From an uncultured Prochlorococcus sp. (GTDB lineage: Bacteria > Cyanobacteriota > Cyanobacteriia > PCC-6307 > Cyanobiaceae), in contig NZ_CACAYO010000012.1 in NCBI RefSeq assembly GCF_902536725.1, positions 10,902 through 34,901 on the forward strand: DNA of 24,000 nt, given 5' to 3'. Below, piece after piece: positions 8,063 through 16,138 of the stretch. The notes under the pieces were generated by a model. It did not search any database and was not told the DNA's origin. It was given only the letters and a program-made list of their open reading frames with translations. Numbering within the stretch: the first letter of the stretch is position 1; each line of letters opens with the position of its first letter. A program made the translations under genes and the position numbers.

Positions 8063-9304
8063 ATGAGTGATTTCATTTTCACTTCTGAATCAGTAACTGA
8101 AGGCCATCCTGACAAAATATGTGATCAAATTAGTGACGCAGTTTTAGATGCTTTATTGTCAGAAGATCCAGAAAGCAGAGTTGCATGCGAAACTGTCGTT
8201 AATACTGGTCTTTGTCTACTTACTGGAGAAATAACTTCAAAAGCAAAAGTCGATTACATAAAACTTGTTAGAAATGTAATTAAAGAAATAGGATATGAAG
8301 GCTATAAAGCGGGTGGTTTTGACGCAAATAGTTGTGCTGTTTTAGTAGCACTTGACGAGCAATCACCAGATATTTCACAAGGAGTAAACGACGCAGATGA
8401 TGTTAACGATGATTTGGAAGTTAATACCGGAGCAGGTGACCAAGGCATAATGTTCGGCTATGCGTGCGATGAAACGCCTGAATTAATGCCCTTACCAATT
8501 AGCTTAGCTCATAGATTAGCCATTCAACTTGCCAAAGTGAGGCATGAAGCTGTCGTTAATTATCTACTCCCTGATGGTAAAACTCAAGTAAGCATTGATT
8601 ACGAAAAAGGATTACCAGTCTCTATTAATACGATTTTAATTTCAACTCAACATAATCCTGAGATTGATGGAATAACAAATGAAGAAGAAATTCGTCAAAG
8701 AATAAAAGAAGATTTATGGACGCATGTTGTAATTCCTGCCACTGAAGATTTAGAAATCAAACCAAACATTAGTAAAACAAGATTTCTAGTAAACCCCACA
8801 GGAAAATTTGTCGTAGGTGGGCCTCAAGGAGATGCTGGGCTGACTGGTAGAAAAATAATTGTAGATACTTATGGCGGATATGCAAGACACGGAGGAGGGG
8901 CATTTTCTGGTAAAGACCCCACAAAAGTAGATAGATCAGCCGCTTATGCAGCACGTTATGTAGCTAAAAGCATAGTTAAGGCAAAATTAGCAAAAAAAGC
9001 AGAAGTACAATTAAGTTATGCAATTGGAGTAGCAAAACCGATTTCTATTCTCGTAGAAACTTTTGATACTGGTGTTATTTCGCAATCTAATTTGACTGAG
9101 CTAATTAAAGAGCACTTTGATTTAAGACCCGCAGCAATAATAAAAGAATTTAACTTAAGAAATCTACCAAAAAAAATGGGAGGAAAATTTTTTAGAAAGA
9201 CTGCATCCTATGGACATTTTGGCAGAAGAGATCTTGATCTGCCTTGGGAAAATGTAGAAGAAAAAGCAGCCAAATTAGAAGAGGCTTCCAAAATCTTTTT
9301 ATAA
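8063..9304 (+). CDS. metK: S-adenosylmethionine synthetase
   Basis: 413-aa ORF with the motifs [25 protein letters not shown] and [25 protein letters not shown]. Confidence 0.98.
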   Translation: MSDFIFTSESVTEGHPDKICDQISDAVLDALLSEDPESRVACETVVNTGLCLLTGEITSKAKVDYIKLVRNVIKEIGYEGYKAGGFDANSCAVLVALDEQSPDISQGVNDADDVNDDLEVNTGAGDQGIMFGYACDETPELMPLPISLAHRLAIQLAKVRHEAVVNYLLPDGKTQVSIDYEKGLPVSINTILISTQHNPEIDGITNEEEIRQRIKEDLWTHVVIPATEDLEIKPNISKTRFLVNPTGKFVVGGPQGDAGLTGRKIIVDTYGGYARHGGGAFSGKDPTKVDRSAAYAARYVAKSIVKAKLAKKAEVQLSYAIGVAKPISILVETFDTGVISQSNLTELIKEHFDLRPAAIIKEFNLRNLPKKMGGKFFRKTASYGHFGRRDLDLPWENVEEKAAKLEEASKIFL

Positions 9305-9316
9305 ATATATTTTTCT

Positions 9317-10546
9317 ATGCATGATAATTTTTATGGAGGGTTAGATTTTGGAACGAGTGGTGCAAGAATATCAATAATTAATCTTCAAAAAAAATTAATA
9401 TATTCTAATTCAGTACCTTATTCATACAGCTTTAAAAATCCAAATTCTTGGATCAATTCTTGTGAAAATCTCTTATTTAGCTTACCTATTGAGGTAAAAA
9501 TTAATCTTAATAAATTGGCTATCTCCGGCACCTCAGGAACTTTAATAGCATCCAATTTTCGAGGAGATCCTATTGGGGAAGCAATACCTTATTACCAAGC
9601 ATGTATTGAACACAAGCTCCTTCTTGAATCCTTAACTTCTGGAGAAGATCACCTGAGAACTCCATACAGTAGTCTTGCCAAAGCATTAAAACTAATAGAT
9701 AAATATGGGACAAATATACTTTTACGTCATCAATCTGACTGGATCACTGGTTGGTTTTTAAAAGATTGGACTCATGGAGAAGAAGGCAATAATCTAAAAC
9801 TTGGTTGGAATCTTAAAAAAAAATCGTGGCCAAAAAGCTTTCTCAATACTTCATGGCAAAAATGTTTACCTCAAATAGTAAAAAGTGGAAAAATTATTGG
9901 ACAAGTAAATTCTGATTTGGCAGAGAGATTTAACTTAAATAAGAAATTAATATTAACTTCAGGCACCACTGACTCTAATGCAGGTTTAATAGCCGCAGGG
10001 TTAGGCAAAGAAGATGGTCTTACAGTTTTAGGAACAACAATTGTGATTAAAAAAATTATTGATAAACCTATAAAAAAACAGGGCATTACAATCCATAGAG
10101 TAAACGGCGATTGGATATGTGGAGGAGCATCAAATGCGGGATGCGGGATCTTGTCTAAGTTCTTTTCTGATTTAGAAATAAAAGAACTTAGTCGACAAAT
10201 TAATCCATTGAAAAATACTTCTTTAAATCTTTTACCTCTTAATAGTAAAGGAGAGAGATTTCCTGTTAATAATGCTAATTTAGAACCGATACTTGATCCA
10301 AGACCAGTGAGCGACTCACTTTATTTACATGCATTATTCGAGGGGCTAGCCAAGATCGAACAGAAAGGATGGGAAAAACTAGGCGAACTAACAGGTTCAC
10401 TTCCAAAAAAAATTATTACTATTGGCGGAGGTTCAAAAAACCCGCAATGGAGAAAAATAAGAGAAAAAATTATCAATATACCAATAGTTTCATGTAAAAA
10501 AACTACTTCATTTGGCACTGCCTTATTAGCGATCAATGCAAAATAA
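9317..10546 (+). CDS. FGGY-family carbohydrate kinase, substrate unknown
   Basis: 409-aa ORF. It has the N-terminal GLDFGTSGARIS and the C-terminal GGGSKNPQWRKI characteristic of FGGY kinases. It starts 12 nt after the metK stop. Confidence 0.75.
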   Translation: MHDNFYGGLDFGTSGARISIINLQKKLIYSNSVPYSYSFKNPNSWINSCENLLFSLPIEVKINLNKLAISGTSGTLIASNFRGDPIGEAIPYYQACIEHKLLLESLTSGEDHLRTPYSSLAKALKLIDKYGTNILLRHQSDWITGWFLKDWTHGEEGNNLKLGWNLKKKSWPKSFLNTSWQKCLPQIVKSGKIIGQVNSDLAERFNLNKKLILTSGTTDSNAGLIAAGLGKEDGLTVLGTTIVIKKIIDKPIKKQGITIHRVNGDWICGGASNAGCGILSKFFSDLEIKELSRQINPLKNTSLNLLPLNSKGERFPVNNANLEPILDPRPVSDSLYLHALFEGLAKIEQKGWEKLGELTGSLPKKIITIGGGSKNPQWRKIREKIINIPIVSCKKTTSFGTALLAINAK

Positions 10547-10636
10547 TATTTTTGGGGATATTTGATGAAGATATAAAATTTTTAATTAAAAGGGTTTCAC
10601 AAACTACACATCGTAATTTAAAGTATAAAGGTTAGA

Positions 10637-10709
10637 GCCGGGATAGCTCAGTTGGTAGAGCAGGCGACTGAAAATCGCCGTGTCCCCAGTTCAAATCTGG
10701 GTCCTGGCA
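10637..10709 (+). tRNA. trnF: tRNA-Phe (anticodon GAA)
   Basis: Hand-folded. Acceptor GCCGGGA pairs with TCCTGGC (one G.U). The D arm is GCTCAGTTGGTAGAGC. The anticodon stem GGCGA/TCGCC carries the loop CT-GAA-AA. The T arm is CCCCAGTTCAAATCTGGG. Discriminator A. Confidence 0.92.
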
Positions 10710-10714
10710 CCTTT

Positions 10715-10747
10715 AAACCCCTTTTTAGACTGGGTTTTATATTTTTT
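10715..10747 (+). terminator. Possible terminator hairpin after tRNA-Phe
   Basis: AAACCC-(11-nt loop)-GGGTTT followed by TATATTTTTT. The stem is short and the loop large, so this is weak. Confidence 0.3.
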
Positions 10748-10798
10748 AGGCATATAGAAAACTTCATTTTTTTTCTTTATTTTTACAATTCGGAATTT

Positions 10799-11218
10799 TT
10801 AGTTTTCTACTCTGCAGACTTGACCTATAACACCCAAAATCAGTTTATCTCCATTTGGATCTTGCCAATCAGCTAAATCATTGAAATTACTATTCATTTC
10901 ATCTATGGAGACATCAACGTCTCTAAATGATTTTTCAAAACAATTTATATCCATTGTATAGAGTATATCCTTAGTAATTTCATTTTTTGTTTTGGGAATA
11001 AATTTACTCAACACTCTCACAGAACCATCCTCATTTCTCGTAATACTTTGTCTATCCCATAACTGTTCTCCATATTCACTTTCAGGAACTCCAACCCATT
11101 CATGAGGCAAAGCATTTGATTGTTTTATTGAGATACTCAAGGAAACGATTATCGAAAGGACTAAACCGAAGCTATTTCTAACAAATATTGAATTAAATTT
11201 ATTTTTTGAATTAATCAT
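10799..11218 (-). CDS. Hypothetical exported protein (139 aa, signal peptide)
   Basis: I place the start at the internal Met (MINSKNKFNSIFVRNSFGLVLSIIVSLSISIKQSNA|LPHEW...). This gives a basic n-region, a hydrophobic core and an A-x-A-like cleavage context. The 34 codons the ORF track adds upstream are I/L/N/F low-complexity sequence. The mature part is ordinary, non-biased protein sequence with 2 Cys. No family is confidently recognised. Confidence 0.5.
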   Translation of the reverse strand: MINSKNKFNSIFVRNSFGLVLSIIVSLSISIKQSNALPHEWVGVPESEYGEQLWDRQSITRNEDGSVRVLSKFIPKTKNEITKDILYTMDINCFEKSFRDVDVSIDEMNSNFNDLADWQDPNGDKLILGVIGQVCRVEN

Positions 11219-11365
11219 TAATACGTCCGAAATGCAAAAATCCTTTATCAGGAGTAAATATAAGATTAAAAAATTGTAAAAATTTTTATTGATTAGTAAA
11301 TCTATTATAGATACAATCAAATATTAAATTAAGAATTTACTTCCAATAAATTTACTAATAAATTA

Positions 11366-12001
11366 ATGAATACAATACAGAAATTTCTTTCAGTAGTTTT
11401 TTTTATCGCAATATTTGTTGTATTGATTTATTTAATCCAAAATTATGGGATTGAACCACTAAGGAACAAAATAGAAAGTATGGGAATTTGGGCGCCTTTT
11501 GGAATTTTCATACTTAGGGGAGTAAGTATTATTCTACCAGCTCTTCCAAGTTCAGCTTATTCTCTACTAGCAGGTTCATTATTAGGATTTCAAAAAGGTT
11601 ACATGACAATAATCTTTTCTGATATCGTTTTTTGCCAAGCTGCTTTCTTTATCGCAAGAAATTATGGGCGAGTCCCTGTAAGGAAATTGGTAGGCCCCAA
11701 AGCGATGAAAAAAATTGAAAGTTTTAATCAAAACCAACTCGAAGAAAATTTCTTTCTCATGACTGGTCTACTTATGACTGGCCTTTTTGATTTTCTAAGC
11801 TACGCAATTGGTATTGGAGGAACTCGCTGGAAAATATTTACTCCAGCATTATTAATAAGTCTTCTTATAAGTGATTCTATATTAGTAGCTGTAGGAGCTG
11901 GTGTTAGTCAGGGAGCAGGATTATTTCTAGGAGTAGCACTTTTGGGAATGTTTGCATTAGCTACTATTTCAGGATTAGCAAAAAATAAAATACCTAAATA
12001 A
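11366..12001 (+). CDS. Multi-pass membrane protein, TVP38/TMEM64 (SNARE-associated, DedA-like) family
   Basis: 211-aa ORF with about 5 hydrophobic helices. The segment ILPALPSSAYSLLAGSLLGFQKG and the basic loop ARNYGR resemble the family core. Recognition is by pattern only. Confidence 0.6.
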   Translation: MNTIQKFLSVVFFIAIFVVLIYLIQNYGIEPLRNKIESMGIWAPFGIFILRGVSIILPALPSSAYSLLAGSLLGFQKGYMTIIFSDIVFCQAAFFIARNYGRVPVRKLVGPKAMKKIESFNQNQLEENFFLMTGLLMTGLFDFLSYAIGIGGTRWKIFTPALLISLLISDSILVAVGAGVSQGAGLFLGVALLGMFALATISGLAKNKIPK

Positions 12002-12117
12002 CAAAAAAACTAAAAATTCAAAAATTTAAAAAGAGAGATATGACATTTTTGCAAACAAAATCTATATGAATAAGAATTCATGCAAGAATAGAAATCGATT
12101 AATTTTTTAATTCTTAG

Positions 12118-12297
12118 ATGACTCCATTTAGACCAACTTCACATGATCGCCCTGGAGAGCAAATATCAACCACTCCCTCTGGATTAAAAGTAACTTCTGC
12201 AAAGAGATTAATGGTGGATTCAATGGTAAGAATGATTCAGAAAGCAGAAAATCATTCCGTAGAAGATAAACTTGACGAAGAATCTAACAACAATTAA
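12118..12297 (+). CDS. Possible 59-aa ORF overlapping the cpeS 5' end
   Basis: Hand translation: [59 protein letters not shown]. The ATG immediately follows an in-frame TAG. The composition (P, R, G, T, S) is unlike random AT-rich ORFs. It overlaps the TTG-started cpeS frame by 26 nt. Confidence 0.3.
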   Translation: MTPFRPTSHDRPGEQISTTPSGLKVTSAKRLMVDSMVRMIQKAENHSVEDKLDEESNNN

Positions 12298-12823
12298 TCA
12301 ATTCATTGATGAAAGTATAGGAGAATGGAAATCCATAAGAAGTTCTCATACTTTAGCTTTTCAGGAATTTGAAAACTCATCTAGTAAAATATTTATAAAA
12401 TATATCAACTCAAAAAATAAAAAAGTTATTGAAATTTTTAAGAATCACAAGTTAAGTTTAAACCTAGAGAGCATAGCAATTTCTATAAAATGGCAACCCA
12501 TTAATGATTGGGAAGAAAATGATATGAGTAAGGGAGATGAAACTATTTTGATATTTTTACCCAAGAATGATAATTCAGGAATTGTTTTAAGAAATAAAGG
12601 TTATACAGAATCTCTTATTTCATCATCCAATTATTTTATTGATGAACAAAATAATTTACACATTAAAACTATTTATAAATCAACAGTTTCCGAAGAAAGA
12701 ATTTCCTTTTTATCCACTCATATAAGATCTAGATTTTCTACTATCAGAAATGTGGAAAATAACTCAGTAATACAGACTTCCCATACTTCAGAGATAAGGA
12801 ATTTAGCTAGTTTAAAAGATTAA
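12272..12823 (+). CDS. cpeS: Phycobilin lyase, CpcS/CpeS family (start codon uncertain)
   Basis: 183-aa [30 protein letters not shown] matches the N-terminal signature of S-type lyases. It is adjacent to cpeB. There is no in-frame ATG or GTG near the 5' end, so TTG at 12272 is the only conventional candidate. Confidence 0.85.
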   Translation: MTKNLTTINQFIDESIGEWKSIRSSHTLAFQEFENSSSKIFIKYINSKNKKVIEIFKNHKLSLNLESIAISIKWQPINDWEENDMSKGDETILIFLPKNDNSGIVLRNKGYTESLISSSNYFIDEQNNLHIKTIYKSTVSEERISFLSTHIRSRFSTIRNVENNSVIQTSHTSEIRNLASLKD

Positions 12824-13319
12824 TTATCCTTTCAAATTGAAACTCTGTTTCAGATATTAATTTAGGAAGAAAGCCTTTGTTTCCTCGCATATTATTAACT
12901 GTTGAATTCAAATCAGAGATAGTTGCTTCTCGCATTAATTCAAAAACCCTTCTTGCATTTCTTAAAGGTACCCCAAGAGCAAGATAAGTATTTTTAAGAT
13001 CCTTCAGACAACTTTTTTCTAAAACTGATTCGTCATTAGAAATCAAAAGATACGCAACAATCCTTAGGATTATTTCTCCATCTCTTAAACAAACGGACAT
13101 CTTGTTAGTTGTATTTAAAGATACTTTTGAATTAAGTGAATCTTGATTTTCGCAAATCATTGCTGTTACAGCATCTGCTGCGATTGCATTTGAATTATTG
13201 GTTATTGAGGTTATTGCATCTAATCTTGAGTTTGCACTATTAATAAATTCTTTTATATTGCTTAAATCATTTAATTTCTTATCGGCTGACATTAGTTGAT
13301 TATTCTTTGAAACTGACAT
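12807..13319 (-). CDS. cpeB: Phycoerythrin beta subunit, degenerate high-light Prochlorococcus type
   Basis: 170-aa [22 protein letters not shown] and [21 protein letters not shown] align with canonical CpeB. Only the Cys-82-equivalent bilin site (C77) is retained. Confidence 0.9.
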   Translation of the reverse strand: MSVSKNNQLMSADKKLNDLSNIKEFINSANSRLDAITSITNNSNAIAADAVTAMICENQDSLNSKVSLNTTNKMSVCLRDGEIILRIVAYLLISNDESVLEKSCLKDLKNTYLALGVPLRNARRVFELMREATISDLNSTVNNMRGNKGFLPKLISETEFQFERIINLLN

Positions 13320-13495
13320 GCCTGAAGTAAAATTTAAAGTTAGATTTTTAGATTAGTACAAAGCTAGTAAAAACAATACAATTATAAAATTAACGCAACG
13401 CTTCTTAATTAATAACTTCATTCCAAAGTGATAGTTGAAATAATTTAAATAAAAATTTTTTTTCCGCTAAAATAGGCATACATCATTATAAGATT

Positions 13496-13702
13496 TTGGA
13501 TCATCAAGATTTAAAGTTGTCAAAGAAAATTATTTCTTCTTATAAAAAAAGATTAGAAAAAGAAATTTTTGAAAGAAGTATGAAATTAAGAATGCCTCAA
13601 AACAAATTTGAAGAAATAATCAATAACAATAATGAACTTATTAATTTAAAAAAAGCTTTAGAACAGCTAGAAACAGAATCTGAACATCATAGTAAAATCT
13701 GA
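13496..13702 (+). CDS. Possible 68-aa K/E-rich coiled-coil-like protein (TTG start)
   Basis: This is the only ORF filling the 405-bp gap between cpeB and pcrA. The composition is K/E/N/I-rich, which is also what chance ORFs in AT-rich DNA look like. Confidence 0.25.
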   Translation: MDHQDLKLSKKIISSYKKRLEKEIFERSMKLRMPQNKFEEIINNNNELINLKKALEQLETESEHHSKI

Positions 13703-13724
13703 CTCTTGAAAAAAACCCACAAAA

Positions 13725-16133
13725 GTGTCTCAAACTAACAATTTCCTATTTAAGTCTCTAAACAATGAGCAACTTCAAGCAGTAAAGCATGTTTATGGAC
13801 CACTTTTAGTTGTAGCGGGTGCAGGCAGCGGTAAAACAAAAGCTCTAACTCACAGAATTGCAAATCTTATTGAAAACAACTCTATAGATCCCTACAACAT
13901 TCTTGCGGTAACTTTTACTAACAAGGCTGCTAAAGAAATGAAAGCAAGGTTAGAAGTTCTTCTCGCGCAAGAATTAGCTTTTAATCAATTTGGGCAGCCA
14001 TGGTCAACTCTCAAAGAAATTGAGCAAAATCAATTAAGAACAAACGTTCATCAAGAGAGACTTCAAAACCTTTGGATAGGTACTTTTCATTCTTTATTTT
14101 CAAGACTTCTTAGATTTGATATTGAAAAATATAATGACCCAGAAGGATTAAAATGGACAAGACAATTTTCAATTTACGATGAAACAGATTCTCAAACATT
14201 AGTAAAAGAAATTATCACTCAAGAGATGAATCTTGATCCCAAAAGATATGATCCAAAAAAGATTAAAAGATTAATAAGTAATGCTAAGAATCAATGCCTA
14301 ACTTCAAATGATCTTCTAGAAAAAGCAGATAATAATTTTGATAAAACAGTTGCAGAAGCCTACAAGAGATATAGGATTTCGCTTTCAAAAAATAATTCTT
14401 TAGATTTTGATGATCTTCTACTTTTGCCTGTTTTCTTATTGAGGCAAAATGATGTAGTCCGAGATTACTGGCACAAAAGATTTAAACACATTCTAGTTGA
14501 CGAATATCAAGATACAAATAGAACACAATATGAACTTATAAAATTAATTACTGCTGGGAATACTGAACCAAAAAAATTCTTTAATTGGGAAGATCGTTCA
14601 ATTTTTGTAGTTGGGGATGCTGATCAAAGTATTTATAGTTTCAGAGCAGCTGACTTTAGAATTCTAATTGGTTTTCAAGAAGATTTTAAAAAAGCATTAA
14701 ACGACAATACAGAATCATCTTTAATTAAACTAGAACAAAATTATCGATCATCTTCTAATATCCTTGATGCTGCAAACTCACTAATTGAAAACAACTCTGA
14801 AAGAATTGAGAAAGTTTTAAGGGCTACTAAAGAAAAAGGAGAGCTTTTAAAGTTACTAAGCTGTGATGATGAAATTTCTGAGGCAGAAGCAATTACCAAT
14901 AAAATAAAATCGCTCAATAATTATAATCAAAATCCAATATGGAAAAATTTTGCAATCTTATATCGAACAAGAGCTCAGTCAAGGGTGCTAGAGGAATCTC
15001 TTGTAAGGTGGCGCATTCCTTATACAATTTACGGGGGATTGCGTTTTTACGATAGAAGAGAAATTAAAGATGCAATAGCATATTTGAAAGTTCTGGTTAA
15101 TTCTTCAGATAACGTTAGTCTTTTGCGTATAATAAATGTCCCTAGAAGAGGGATTGGTAAGACTACTATCCAAAAACTTAATGAACTATCCAATAGGTTA
15201 AAAATTCCATTATGGGAGGTTCTTAATGATAAGCAAAGTCTTGAAGAAACAATAGGCAGATCATCAAAAGGAATTAATAAATTTACTGAAGTTATGAATG
15301 ATCTACTTTGTTATCTAGAAAATTCAGGCCCTGCTCAACTACTACAACTAATCTTAGAAAAAAGTGGTTATTTAAAAGACTTGCTAGCTAGTGGGACTGA
15401 AGAATCTGAAGATAGAAGAAATAACTTACAAGAACTAATAAATGCAGCTACACAATATGAAGAAGAAACAGAAAGTGGAAATGTAGAAGGATTTCTTTCT
15501 ACAGCAGCCTTAACAACTGATAATGATACAAAGAAGAATAATCCCAACTCCGTAACTCTTATGACTCTGCACAATAGTAAGGGTTTAGAATTTCAAAATG
15601 TTTTTATCACTGGACTAGAACAAGGTCTCTTCCCGAGCCATAGATCTATAGATACTCCCTCACTTCTAGAAGAGGAAAGAAGATTATGCTACGTAGGTAT
15701 TACTAGAGCTAAAGAAAGAGTATTCTTGAGTCATGCCAGAGAAAGAAGATTATGGGGTGGAATGCGTGAAGCAACAATTCCTTCAATATTTCTTTCGGAA
15801 ATACCTGAAGATTTAATGGATGGTGAATTACCCCAAACTGGAGGTGCTTCAATTAGAAGAGATTGGCATCTTGATCGTTTAACAAGAGTTGATCGGAATA
15901 ATCCAAATGAATTTATTAACAAACCAATAAATGCAGTAAGGAAATTATATTCAGGACCCAGTAAAGGAAAAAGCTGGATAGTTGGAGATAAGCTAATTCA
16001 CTCAAAATTTGGTAAAGGTGAAATCATACATATTTTTGGGAGCGGTGAAAAAATATCTTTAGCAGTAAAATTTGGTGATAAAGGAAGTAAAATTCTAGAT
16101 CCTAGATTAGCTCCAATTCGTTATGTAAGTTAA
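13725..16133 (+). CDS. pcrA: ATP-dependent DNA helicase, UvrD/PcrA (SF1A) family
   Basis: 802-aa ORF with a GTG start. It carries Walker A GAGSGKT, motif II DEYQDTN, QNYRS, TLHNSKGLEF and YVGITRAK. The C-terminal Tudor-like segment is VGDKLIHSKFGKGEIIHI. Confidence 0.93.
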   Translation: MSQTNNFLFKSLNNEQLQAVKHVYGPLLVVAGAGSGKTKALTHRIANLIENNSIDPYNILAVTFTNKAAKEMKARLEVLLAQELAFNQFGQPWSTLKEIEQNQLRTNVHQERLQNLWIGTFHSLFSRLLRFDIEKYNDPEGLKWTRQFSIYDETDSQTLVKEIITQEMNLDPKRYDPKKIKRLISNAKNQCLTSNDLLEKADNNFDKTVAEAYKRYRISLSKNNSLDFDDLLLLPVFLLRQNDVVRDYWHKRFKHILVDEYQDTNRTQYELIKLITAGNTEPKKFFNWEDRSIFVVGDADQSIYSFRAADFRILIGFQEDFKKALNDNTESSLIKLEQNYRSSSNILDAANSLIENNSERIEKVLRATKEKGELLKLLSCDDEISEAEAITNKIKSLNNYNQNPIWKNFAILYRTRAQSRVLEESLVRWRIPYTIYGGLRFYDRREIKDAIAYLKVLVNSSDNVSLLRIINVPRRGIGKTTIQKLNELSNRLKIPLWEVLNDKQSLEETIGRSSKGINKFTEVMNDLLCYLENSGPAQLLQLILEKSGYLKDLLASGTEESEDRRNNLQELINAATQYEEETESGNVEGFLSTAALTTDNDTKKNNPNSVTLMTLHNSKGLEFQNVFITGLEQGLFPSHRSIDTPSLLEEERRLCYVGITRAKERVFLSHARERRLWGGMREATIPSIFLSEIPEDLMDGELPQTGGASIRRDWHLDRLTRVDRNNPNEFINKPINAVRKLYSGPSKGKSWIVGDKLIHSKFGKGEIIHIFGSGEKISLAVKFGDKGSKILDPRLAPIRYVS

Positions 16134-16138
16134 AACTC

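Noticed and set aside
8769-8954. 61-aa ORF antisense to metK
   Set aside because: It is a shadow frame of a highly conserved gene with no supporting features.
9871-10536. Two 71-aa minus-strand ORFs (9871-10086 and 10321-10536) inside the FGGY kinase gene
   Set aside because: They are antisense to a gene with clear family motifs, are hydrophobic shadow-frame products, and have no start-site context.
10652-10876. 74-aa plus-strand ORF
   Set aside because: It begins inside tRNA-Phe and runs through the terminator-like region into the 3' end of the opposite-strand gene. It is an artefact.
11219-11320. N-terminal 34-codon extension of the exported hypothetical protein
   Set aside because: The extension is I/L/N/F/Y low-complexity sequence typical of AT-rich spacers. 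The internal Met gives a textbook signal peptide.
10637-13319. A tRNA-Phe-anchored genomic island or tycheposon-like element covering the hypothetical protein, the DedA-like gene and the PE genes
   Set aside because: There is no integrase or other mobility gene. By eye I found no direct repeat of the tRNA-Phe 3' end downstream. The cargo (cpeS/cpeB, pcrA) is lineage-typical rather than foreign. A pangenome comparison would be needed to revisit this.
15368-15922. Two short minus-strand ORFs (15368-15574 and 15731-15922) inside pcrA
   Set aside because: They are antisense shadow frames of helicase motifs V and VI with no independent evidence.
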